Below, piece by piece: positions 27,066 through 36,237 of a stretch of DNA of 64,000 bases (position 1 is its first letter; each line of letters starts with the position of its first letter). This DNA comes from Gemmatimonadota bacterium (lineage in GTDB: Bacteria; Gemmatimonadota; Gemmatimonadetes; Gemmatimonadales; GWC2-71-9). The translations under genes were made by a program, and so were the position numbers. The notes below the pieces were generated by a model. It did no database searches. It was not told the origin of the DNA and was given only the letters and a program-made list of their open reading frames with translations. The stretch covers positions 32,001 through 96,000 of the forward strand of contig JBDHKN010000016.1 of NCBI GenBank assembly GCA_039586365.1, read 5' to 3'.

Positions 27066-28412
27066 TTACCGTGCAGGCTCCTCGCGCTTTGCCTTGGCAA
27101 ACACCAGGTAGAACGGGACCCCCACTGCGACGGTCACCAGAGCGATGGTCGATTCGACCGGTCGCTCGAAGTAAGCCAGCACGAGAATCGCCAGACTGAC
27201 TGAGGCGAACACGAGCGCGGCAAGGACGTAGAACGCTGATCCGGACAAACCGTTGTTACCGGCAGACAGCTTGAACACGCCCAGCACAGCCAGGATCGGG
27301 AAGATCCCCAGACAGAAACCCATGTAGGTCAGGATCTGGTCGAACGTTCCGGACAGCACCATGATCGCCGCGATGAGGCACTGGAGCACAATTGCCGTTG
27401 AAGGGACTCTGCGTACCGGGTCGACGCTCGCGACTCGCTTGAAGAAGTACCCGTCCTTGGCCATCGCGTAGTACACGCGTGGGCCCAGAATGATGAGCGC
27501 GCTGACCGCCGATAGCAGCGCGAAGGCTATGATAAGCGAGATTAGCCGTTCAGCAGCCGGGCCGAACAAGTGCGACGCCACAAGCCCTCCCACGGCGATT
27601 GTCCCCTGCATTTCACCTGGCGAAACGGCGTAAACGAACAGCACGTTGAGGCACACGTAGAGCACCAGCACGATCCCGGTGCCAAGGATGAGTGACAGCG
27701 GCAAGTTTCGACGCGGCGCCTGGATCTCCGAGCCGATGTATCCGGATGCGTTCCAGCCGCTGTAGGCGAACATGATCCACATCAGGGACAAGCCGATCGC
27801 CCGCCAGCTCGCATCCGGAGTGTCGACGGCAATGCGTTCGCGGAAGTTACCAAGGTCACCCTGGCCCACGGTGAATCCCACTGCGATCAGAGCGACGATC
27901 AACAGCACCTTCCCCACCGTGAGATAGTTCTGGATCCTCGCGCCAAACGCCATGCCTCGCAGGTGGACGACGGCGAGCGCGACAATCACCGTCAGGGCGA
28001 TTGTCTTCTTCAGGAGGTCTGCATTTCCAGCTGCGCCGAGTGACGGAAAGGCGCTAGCGAGGTACTCGCTTAAGCCCAGCGACGAGGCAGCAAGCGGTGC
28101 GGAAAAACCAGCAAAGAACGAAACCCACCCGCTGAGGAACCCCAGCACCGGGTGGAACAGCTCCGACAGGTACGCGTATTCGCCGCCGGCCCGCGGCAAG
28201 GCCGCGCCCAGCGCCCCGTAGCACAGCGCACCGCTCAAGGCCAGGATCCCGCCGCCCACCCACAGAGCGATCATGAGCAGGGGACTTCCCAACTCGAGCA
28301 GAAGCAGGCCGGAAGTCGTGAAGATGCCGGCCCCGATCATGTCGGCGATGACTATGTTGGTGGCTGGGAATAACCGCAGCGTTCTTGCGAGGTCGGTATC
28401 AGCATCATGCAT
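27066..28412 (-). CDS. APC-family amino acid permease
   Basis: MIGAGIF, PRAGGEYAYL, FAYSGWN; about 12 TM helices. Confidence 0.92.
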   Translation of the reverse strand: MHDADTDLARTLRLFPATNIVIADMIGAGIFTTSGLLLLELGSPLLMIALWVGGGILALSGALCYGALGAALPRAGGEYAYLSELFHPVLGFLSGWVSFFAGFSAPLAASSLGLSEYLASAFPSLGAAGNADLLKKTIALTVIVALAVVHLRGMAFGARIQNYLTVGKVLLIVALIAVGFTVGQGDLGNFRERIAVDTPDASWRAIGLSLMWIMFAYSGWNASGYIGSEIQAPRRNLPLSLILGTGIVLVLYVCLNVLFVYAVSPGEMQGTIAVGGLVASHLFGPAAERLISLIIAFALLSAVSALIILGPRVYYAMAKDGYFFKRVASVDPVRRVPSTAIVLQCLIAAIMVLSGTFDQILTYMGFCLGIFPILAVLGVFKLSAGNNGLSGSAFYVLAALVFASVSLAILVLAYFERPVESTIALVTVAVGVPFYLVFAKAKREEPAR

Positions 28413-28539
28413 CAGATCGCCTCGTTGCCCAGCTACCGCCGCTCACCTGCCGGCGGGTGTGGCAGCTGGGGAGAGCACCAAGTGATATCGGGTGCCAGCA
28501 TCACGTTCGTCCGCAGCGGGGTCGCTTTGCGGTCATCAA

Positions 28540-29826
28540 TCAATGGTGCTCGCCACGTCCCCTATCCATTCTTGGGTTCACGATGTTGGCGAACTTCGAG
28601 CCGAACCGGTAGTTGAAGCCTACGCCAAAGTCGTAACGGTAGTTGGTCTCACGTTGCCGCCGCTGCAGCAGGATCTCCTCCTGCGTAAGATCCTCGGCGG
28701 GCAGAAAGAACTGGTCTTTGATTCTCGAGAACGAAGTGAAGATGTCGAGACTCAAGCCGCGGAACAGTCGGTACTCCACGTTGGCGCGCGTGTTGATACG
28801 ATGTGTCGCCAGATCGTGGAAGTATTGGATGCCCTCGACCGATCCGAACACCTCGCCCCACGGCTGCTGGACCGCGGCCGCGATCAGCAGGCTGTGGCGT
28901 GTGAGAACGTCCTCTGTCTCTCCCTCCACGGTCAGCAACTCGTAGTCGAAGACCACCGCCTCCACCGAGTAACGGAACGTTATCGAGCGACGGGTGGACT
29001 CTTGATAGGGAAACAGGTTGTACTCGATCGTGGGACCGAGCGCTAAAGCAAGATCCTGGTTCAAGTACGTCGACTTGTTGGCACTAGTTTTCCCGCCGCC
29101 GGACCAGCGGTCACTCAGGCTCCACACCATTAGCAGGCTGGCAGAGTAATCCTCCGAGACGTTGACGTAGGTTGTTCCTTCCTCTAGTTCGTCGAATTCC
29201 TCTCGATCGTACTCCGCTGACAGCCTCAAGTTGATCTTCAGATCCTCCGAGACGCGGTCCGCGCTGGCCGATCCCTCCAGGCTGTAAGCTCTCTCCTCTG
29301 ACTCTCCGTCCACGGACGTCTCAGCGCCGACTCGGAACACCCAGAGGTTCCACGGGTCCCGTTCCTCGCGCTGGACGACGGCCACCTCGGGCTCCTGGTA
29401 CACTACCCTCAACCGGGGAGCCAACGGCGTCGTCTCAACGAACTGTACCAGCCCCAGCGCAATGGTACGAGTCAGACCATCGCGTACTTCAGTATCGGTG
29501 TCATCGGGATCCGAGATGTAGGTCAACGACTTGGTCACGCCCTCGAAGTCCCTGCGGCCGATGTAATCGACTGTGTAGTGCCAACCGTTACCGCCGGTGC
29601 GTTGGGCTGTCACCAGGACGTGCACATCCGAATCCTCTCGGTCGCGGACCCAGTTTACCCACGTGATCTCACGGCGGAAGTGGTCGGAGTCGCAGTTTTG
29701 GGCGTTGCAGTCCTCAAACACAAACAGGGCTTGTGTCGTGGTTGAGGCTACGGGTTCTTGGGATATGAGTTGGGCCGCTCCGAGGATGAAGAGCAGGCTA
29801 GCCAGTATCGGCGTGGAAAGCTTCAT
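28540..29826 (-). CDS. hypothetical exported protein, probable outer-membrane beta-barrel
   Basis: Signal peptide MKLSTP...; DC...CD, DPWNLWVF, alternating beta-strand pattern, YRFGSKFANIVNPR. Confidence 0.75.
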   Translation of the reverse strand: MKLSTPILASLLFILGAAQLISQEPVASTTTQALFVFEDCNAQNCDSDHFRREITWVNWVRDREDSDVHVLVTAQRTGGNGWHYTVDYIGRRDFEGVTKSLTYISDPDDTDTEVRDGLTRTIALGLVQFVETTPLAPRLRVVYQEPEVAVVQREERDPWNLWVFRVGAETSVDGESEERAYSLEGSASADRVSEDLKINLRLSAEYDREEFDELEEGTTYVNVSEDYSASLLMVWSLSDRWSGGGKTSANKSTYLNQDLALALGPTIEYNLFPYQESTRRSITFRYSVEAVVFDYELLTVEGETEDVLTRHSLLIAAAVQQPWGEVFGSVEGIQYFHDLATHRINTRANVEYRLFRGLSLDIFTSFSRIKDQFFLPAEDLTQEEILLQRRQRETNYRYDFGVGFNYRFGSKFANIVNPRMDRGRGEHH

Positions 29827-30018
29827 ATGAATCCTGAAGGTTTTGAGTGATCGAGAATTCGGGTGCAGGGCGAAATGGTCTGCTCGCTGTATTACTGCGT
29901 CACCAGCGTGCACCCTATCCAAGGGCTGGCAGCCATGTGTCGATGCGAAGTCTAACGCCTCCTTGCGGTGGCCAGATGATGGGTCGGTACACGACTGGTC
30001 AGAGAGATTTCCGGAGTC

Positions 30019-30036
30019 TGTAAGGCCTGTGTAAGG
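30019..30036 (-). promoter_or_regulatory. tandem direct repeat, candidate response-regulator box
   Basis: Plus strand TGTAAGG-cctg-TGTAAGG, 11-bp period. Confidence 0.55.
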
Positions 30037-30043
30037 AGCCATG

Positions 30044-30736
30044 CTACGCTTGCAGTCGATAGCCGACTTTGCGAACCGTGAGAATGTGGCTCGGTTCGGC
30101 TGGACTCCGCTCCAATTTGCGACGCAGTTCCGCCACGTGTACGTCGACGGTCCTGGTCATTATCTCAGCCTCGTAGCCCCACACTTCCTTCAGGAGTTCG
30201 AGTCGTGTGGCGACGGCTCCCCGCCGGCTAATCAAGGCCAGTAGAAGGTCAAACTCTTTTGGAGTGAGCGGGACGGCTGTTCCGTTGCGCAGCACCGTAT
30301 GCGACGCTGTATCAACTGCCACGTCTCCGAAACGTTCTATTGGGCCCTGGTCTGCTGCATCGGCGTCATCCGCCAATTGGCGGCGTAGCAGAGCCCTGAC
30401 GCGGGCCAACAGTTCCAGCGTGCCGAACGGCTTGGTCACGTAGTCATCGGCACCCCAATCCAGACCCAACACCTTGTCAGCCTCCTCACCCCGCGCTGTC
30501 AGGATCAGCACCGGCATTTCCAACCCGGAACGTCTTACCTCACGGAGCACGCTGTATCCGTCCAGTTCCGGCAACATGAGGTCCAGTATGACCAAGTCGG
30601 GACTCCACTGCCGGGCACGCTCGAGTCCCGCGCGGCCGTCGTACGCAACCTCTACGTCGTACCCTTCTATCTCGAGTGCCGTCTTGAGTCCGAACGCCAG
30701 ATCGGCGTTGTCCTCAACCACCAACACCGTGGTCAT
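30044..30736 (-). CDS. OmpR-family response regulator
   Basis: VLVVEDN, LDLMLP, KPF, TRTVDVHVAELRRK, TVRKVGY; start ATG 30736 overlaps HK stop. Confidence 0.95.
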   Translation of the reverse strand: MTTVLVVEDNADLAFGLKTALEIEGYDVEVAYDGRAGLERARQWSPDLVILDLMLPELDGYSVLREVRRSGLEMPVLILTARGEEADKVLGLDWGADDYVTKPFGTLELLARVRALLRRQLADDADAADQGPIERFGDVAVDTASHTVLRNGTAVPLTPKEFDLLLALISRRGAVATRLELLKEVWGYEAEIMTRTVDVHVAELRRKLERSPAEPSHILTVRKVGYRLQA

Positions 30737-32415
30737 GTGCCTTCCTCGGAGGCCCTTCTGTGGTTCGCGCCGGAAGACGACGTGGCACCTGGCAACTCCA
30801 CGACGAAGCGAGCACCTCCCGTCGCCGCATCGTCTACCCAAGCACGCCCGTCGTGTAAGGCCACCAGCTCGTCGACCACCGCCAGTCCGATTCCTGTGCC
30901 CGTGACTGCGCGCTGGCCGTCTCGTCGCAGGCGTTGGTACGGCTCCCAAATGCGGCGCCGCTCCGTTCGGGGTATGCCGGGTCCCTCATCCTCGACCGAC
31001 AGGCGAAGCCCGTTGCCTGCTCGGCTGGCTCGGACGGTGACGGTCTGTCCGTCCGGACCGTATTTTACGGCGTTGTCGAGCAAGTTCAGTAGCACTTGAC
31101 TGACCGCATCCCGGTCGGCGCGCAATCCCAGTCCGTCTTGTATCTCCGACTCGAGCGATACCGTCCTTGCCAATGCCAGTGGCCTGAACGCCTCGATCAC
31201 CTCGCTCACGGTCCTGGCGACGTCCAGCCGCTCGATCTTGAGATCCACTGCTGCACGCGCCGATCGCGAGAACTGCAGGATGTTCTCCACCAACTGAGTG
31301 AGTCTTCGGGCTTCGCGATTTATCACGCCCAGTGAACGATCGCGTTCCTCTTGGGTCCGGAGCTTCCCGGAGTCCAACAGCTCGGCGAACATCCGCACCT
31401 GCGCGAGTGGGGTCCTGAGTTCATGTGACACCCCAGAGACGAAGTCGTCGCGCAGCCGTGCGAGTTGACGCTCACGACGAAGTTGGTATAGGGCTGCAGC
31501 ACCCAAGCCGAGCGTTATCAGCAGTAGAGCAACGATGAGTGGCAGTCGTGAGCCTGGGAGGCCGCCGATTATGAGGTGGTCCGCGATGTCGGGTCTGATG
31601 GCGGCCGCGACAATCAGGCCGCCGTATTCGGCCTCCATAGTGTCCCGGGCTGTGTAAGTTGTCGGATACCGGGCGCCCGATTCGAACAGAGTGTCGTTGC
31701 TGCCAGTGTGAACGGTTATGTATAGCAGCGAGTCGTTCCGGTGAGTTCCGGTCACGGCCGGCGGCAGCAGGGGCTGCGCCGCAAACCACTTGGCCAAGAG
31801 TTCTCCATATGCGCTGGGGTTGGTCACGAACCCGTACAGCGCTCGCGCATTGCGGCGGCGGACATAAGTCGTTGAGTACGTGACGAGCGTCGGCGAATCC
31901 AACAGCGATCCCGCCGGCAGCATCACGAGACCGGCTCGCTCGTCAGCGTGCTCCTGCTGATGCCTCATCACTGTGTCGGCAAGCCATGACAGGATGCCGG
32001 CGGCCAGTGTATCGGACAGTGAGATCGTGGTGCTGTCTTGCAGGTCTATCCGGAAGAAGGACAGGGGGTTCCGAAGGTCCTCGCACTCGCAGCGGTACTC
32101 ACGCGCAACATCGCGCAGTTCCTCGGCCACGGTTCGCAGCGCTGGCAGCTCACCGTAGCCACGCCATTCACGTGTTACCTCGTCAAACACCATTCTGAGA
32201 ACCGTATTCAGGTCCTCGCGCACCACGCTCGAGTACTCCCATGCAGCCATGCTCGCATAGTCTCTGAGTGCGCTCTCAACCGACGCACGATGGGAACGTG
32301 TCGTGGTCAGTGCGTGATACCCCAACACGAGCGACACCGCCAAGATCGCGACGAGGGAGATCAGTAGCAGGGATCCTGGTGAGAGGCGGCGGCTGACTCT
32401 GGTCACGGATGACAT
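30733..32415 (-). CDS. sensor histidine kinase
   Basis: Two TMs; VSHELRTP, NLLDNAVKY, DEGPGI, GTGIGL. Confidence 0.92.
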   Translation of the reverse strand: MSSVTRVSRRLSPGSLLLISLVAILAVSLVLGYHALTTTRSHRASVESALRDYASMAAWEYSSVVREDLNTVLRMVFDEVTREWRGYGELPALRTVAEELRDVAREYRCECEDLRNPLSFFRIDLQDSTTISLSDTLAAGILSWLADTVMRHQQEHADERAGLVMLPAGSLLDSPTLVTYSTTYVRRRNARALYGFVTNPSAYGELLAKWFAAQPLLPPAVTGTHRNDSLLYITVHTGSNDTLFESGARYPTTYTARDTMEAEYGGLIVAAAIRPDIADHLIIGGLPGSRLPLIVALLLITLGLGAAALYQLRRERQLARLRDDFVSGVSHELRTPLAQVRMFAELLDSGKLRTQEERDRSLGVINREARRLTQLVENILQFSRSARAAVDLKIERLDVARTVSEVIEAFRPLALARTVSLESEIQDGLGLRADRDAVSQVLLNLLDNAVKYGPDGQTVTVRASRAGNGLRLSVEDEGPGIPRTERRRIWEPYQRLRRDGQRAVTGTGIGLAVVDELVALHDGRAWVDDAATGGARFVVELPGATSSSGANHRRASEEGT

Positions 32416-32531
32416 CTGGCTTTCCAAGGGACAAGGGCAGTTTCTACGACCAGCCCGACGAGCCGACCCTCAGACTAACGATCGTAGCCTCATGGGGCAA
32501 CGAGATTGCGTTGGGGAAAGGTTTGCGTCAC

Positions 32532-32547
32532 GTAAGTATCCTGTAAG
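32532..32547 (-). promoter_or_regulatory. tandem direct repeat, candidate response-regulator box
   Basis: Plus strand GTAAG-tatcct-GTAAG, 11-bp period, same motif as 30019-30036. Confidence 0.5.
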
Positions 32548-32937
32548 AATACCGGTCTCGCAATTCGGTGTGACATCCACCACGTGTTGGTCCGTGCACG
32601 CCCTCACGCTGAAGGCCGGTAGTGGGATGGAATGCTGTACAACAGTGCTGGTCAGAATGTCCTGATTGACCATGATCGGCGTAGTCGGCAAAATGACCTG
32701 CAAGATTGTGGTTTGAGATTGGGCTGGTATGACGCGATGAAGAGTGCAACAATGAATACGCCATGGGTCGAATGAAAACGATGTTTCGGACGGAGCAGCT
32801 GTGGAGTCAGCTGTTCACTTTTCTTGTATGTGGCAGTGCCATAACCCATCTTTAGCGCCAATGTCCCGATAGCTCGGGCCGCTCCACCGCCGTAATCAGC
32901 GGTACACAACGCAAAACCACCACCTTGCGGGGGATCC

Positions 32938-34476
32938 ATGAGGAATTCGTTAGTTCTCACGTGTCTGGTGTTGATCGCAGCCGTTCCCAGTACGCTCGTG
33001 CCACAAAATGAGGGGCAGCCAGCTGCCCCCACCCCGGACCCTACTCCCTCACGCTGGGAAAGCTCCCACTCGATCGTGGTCGGCAGTGAAACAGTCGAGT
33101 ATGATGCTGTGGTTGGCAGTTTCGTCCTGCGCGACAATCAAGAAAACGCTACTGCGGAACTGTTCTATACAGCGTACTTCCGTACCAACGTGCAGGACTC
33201 CTCCAGGCGACCCGTCATATTCGCGTACAATGGCGGACCCGGGTCGGCGTCGTTTTGGCTACACATGGGTATCATGGGTCCTCGTCGGGTGGTCACGCCG
33301 TACGTCGGTCAGCAGGCTCCACCTCCGTATCCCATGGTCGACAACCAATACACGTTGCTCGATAAGGCCGACATCGTAATGATCGACCCGGTGGGCACGG
33401 GATTCAGTCGTCCGGCCGGGAAAGCGGAGGGTAAGGATTTCTGGGGACTCGACGAGGACGCGCGATCGCTCACGCAGTTCATCCGTCGTTTTCTGAGCCG
33501 GTACGATCGCTGGAACTCCCCACGGTACCTGCTAGGTGAGAGTTACGGTACCACTCGCTCAGCGGTTCTGGCCCGGCACCTCCAAGGCGCGAACATCGAC
33601 CTCAACGGTATAGTGCTGGTCTCGGCGGTGCTCGATTTCAACACGATCCTGTTTCCGGAAGGAGCGGTGGTACCCTACATCGTAAACCTGCCCTCGTACG
33701 CCGTCGTCGCTGCGTATCTCGACGCGTTGCCCGGCGGTGCGCCTGCCGATCTCCAGGCCTTCATGGGCGAGGTCGAAGACTGGGCGCTGTCGGAGTACGC
33801 TACCACCTTGCTGGCTGGCGGTGCCGTCGATCCTTCGCAACGGTCGCGCGTCCTCGAAAAAATGCACCTGTACACCGGCTTGAGCCGGGACTTCCTCGAC
33901 AAGGCAGATCTGCGTGTGTCTGCTCCCGAGTTTGAGAAGGAACTGCTGCGTGATCAGGGCCTGGTGGTCGGGCGGCTCGACGCACGGTTCACTGGTCCCA
34001 CCGGTGACCTGCTCGAGACTAGTCCGGCGCACGATCCGCAGTCGACTGCGATCAGTTCCGCTTACACATCTGCGTTCAACGCCTATTTACGCGACGAGCT
34101 CGGCTATGACGGCGATCGGGAGTACGTCCCGAGCGGCATGGCGCGGCCGTGGAATTGGAGTCGTGGCGGTAACAACGTTGGTTTCGGGCTGGCGGGCATT
34201 CCCAACGTCGCGCCCGATCTCGCGACCGCCCTCCAGCGCAACCCGAGGTTGGAGGTGTTGCTCGTCAACGGGATCTACGACCTTGCGACACCGTATTTCG
34301 CGTCGGTGTGGACGATGGACAACATGGGCCTACCACCCGAACTGCGTGACAACATCCAAAGGGCTGACTTTGCCGCGGGGCACATGATGTACGTCGAGGA
34401 GAGTCTCCTGCCACAGTGGAAGGAGACGCTCGATGCATTCATCGAGCGGACGTCGCGAGTGGCTCTGATTCCATAG
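32938..34476 (+). CDS. S10-family serine carboxypeptidase
   Basis: Signal peptide; NGGPGSAS, DPVGTGFS, GESYG, AGHMMY. Confidence 0.93.
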   Translation: MRNSLVLTCLVLIAAVPSTLVPQNEGQPAAPTPDPTPSRWESSHSIVVGSETVEYDAVVGSFVLRDNQENATAELFYTAYFRTNVQDSSRRPVIFAYNGGPGSASFWLHMGIMGPRRVVTPYVGQQAPPPYPMVDNQYTLLDKADIVMIDPVGTGFSRPAGKAEGKDFWGLDEDARSLTQFIRRFLSRYDRWNSPRYLLGESYGTTRSAVLARHLQGANIDLNGIVLVSAVLDFNTILFPEGAVVPYIVNLPSYAVVAAYLDALPGGAPADLQAFMGEVEDWALSEYATTLLAGGAVDPSQRSRVLEKMHLYTGLSRDFLDKADLRVSAPEFEKELLRDQGLVVGRLDARFTGPTGDLLETSPAHDPQSTAISSAYTSAFNAYLRDELGYDGDREYVPSGMARPWNWSRGGNNVGFGLAGIPNVAPDLATALQRNPRLEVLLVNGIYDLATPYFASVWTMDNMGLPPELRDNIQRADFAAGHMMYVEESLLPQWKETLDAFIERTSRVALIP

Positions 34477-34623
34477 GCTCTCGCGCGGCCGGAAGACTTC
34501 ACAACGTTGGCCGGCGAAGCTCTATCGCTGAGGTCATACTAGGGAGCAGACGCTAAGTAGGGGCCGTAGACCAAGGTCCGGCAGCATTGTATCTGTCCCT
34601 TTGCTGTCCCAGCTGCGCCGCTG

Positions 34624-35940
34624 TCACAGGTCTGGGATTCGCATCACCACCTCGCCGTCCGCAGCTGCGCTCCGCCTGATGACTATCGCCACCGGCTCGC
34701 CTCCGATGAGCCACCAGTCCGCTGGCTCGAGGGTCGATGGTGTCGCAATGTGGAGGTAGAGGTTGCTCACGTCGACCGTGTCCATCGCGACGACTCCGTC
34801 CAAATCGCCGATCTCTTCCAGGCGAAAGCCTCTGCGCGCCACAGGATCGTCGTACGCGAGGGCGATATCGAGGCGCAACGGATCGGCGTGCGGCACGACC
34901 ACCCAGCCGCCCGTGAGCAATATGTCGTTGGCGACCCTGCGGTTGAACGGGAGGCTGTCGTATGCCACGGGGTTCGCTGCCGCATACCGCTCAGTGGCGA
35001 TGGCCTCCAGAGCTGTGAGGAGCAACATGACGTTGACGCGGCGCAGCTCCTGCTTCTCGGGATCATCGGGGAGCGCGCCGCTCTCGATCAACACCGTGCT
35101 CGTGCCCCACTGTTGGATGAGATCGCCGAACGCGCGCGGATTGAAGGTGTCGTCGTATTTGGCAACCCGGCCCGAGTTGTGGTGGTCCAACGCTGTGGCC
35201 AACAGGGCCGCCAGCTGCCGGGCACGGTCCCGCACCGGCCCGTAGGCCCGGGAAGTGTCCGTCGGCGGTGCCAGCAGTGCGATGGCCACACGCTGCCCTG
35301 CATTGCCCGCTGTCGTGCGAGCACCCTGATCGTGCAGGTTGAACCCGAAGTCAGGCTGGACGCTGTCTCGCAATGCCTTGAGTGTCTGCGCTTCTGGGGT
35401 GGCTAGGCTGCGGGCATCCCGGTTCACGTCCACCCCCACCGCGTTCTGTCTCTGGAAGCGTTCGGCACCGTCAGGGTTCAACATCGGAACCATCACTACC
35501 TCGAGTCGCTCCTCTATGAGCCGTCGCAGGGGATCTTCTCCGCCCTCTACCAAGAACCGGATGATGTCGGCAAGCGCCATTGTGGCTGTGGACTCGTCAC
35601 CGTGCATTTGGGACCACAGCAGGACCGTCGTCGGTCCCCTTCCGAATGTCACCACGTTGATGGCTCGACCCTGAACGGAGCTGCCAACCCGCCTGACACT
35701 CACACCTCCCGTCTGCAGGAAGGGATCGAGCGCCCGCCACAGCTCGGAGTGAGTGAACCGTCGCTCGGAAATGGCAGATACCGCATAGCGATCGGCGACG
35801 GAGCGACCGATCAGATCGCAGCACGTGTCTTGCGCCTGCATCTGCGGCGCCGTAACCGCCGCAAATGCAAGTGAGCACGCAATGAGGTCTTGTAGCCGAG
35901 GTGTCAGATCCATACGCGAAGCAGATCTTTGGAAATGCAT
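34624..35940 (-). CDS. M14-family zinc carboxypeptidase
   Basis: QMHGDE, NPDG, DVNRD, NLHDQ, IESG; start uncertain. Confidence 0.9.
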   Translation of the reverse strand: MHFQRSASRMDLTPRLQDLIACSLAFAAVTAPQMQAQDTCCDLIGRSVADRYAVSAISERRFTHSELWRALDPFLQTGGVSVRRVGSSVQGRAINVVTFGRGPTTVLLWSQMHGDESTATMALADIIRFLVEGGEDPLRRLIEERLEVVMVPMLNPDGAERFQRQNAVGVDVNRDARSLATPEAQTLKALRDSVQPDFGFNLHDQGARTTAGNAGQRVAIALLAPPTDTSRAYGPVRDRARQLAALLATALDHHNSGRVAKYDDTFNPRAFGDLIQQWGTSTVLIESGALPDDPEKQELRRVNVMLLLTALEAIATERYAAANPVAYDSLPFNRRVANDILLTGGWVVVPHADPLRLDIALAYDDPVARRGFRLEEIGDLDGVVAMDTVDVSNLYLHIATPSTLEPADWWLIGGEPVAIVIRRSAAADGEVVMRIPDL

Positions 35941-36237
35941 CGTAGCCTCGATTCACAACGTGATTGAGTTGTATAGTTCGGGAAACTCTAAGTCCTGGGT
36001 GGAGCGTACGCCAGTTATGCAGTGCCGGATGCTGAGCCGAAACCTTGCCACTCGGCGGTAAGTCGCTATCCCCACACTTGGTCCATGCAGGTCTGGACCA
36101 CCTTCCCTCTACTGCGGTGGCTCGACGATCTTGGCTATTGAGCTGTCGCCCGTCTAACGCTGTGGTCTTCATGGGAGCATCTTATGGGCAATACCTCCGA
36201 CAGGGGTTTGTACGTGATTGCCGAGATTCCTCATTGG

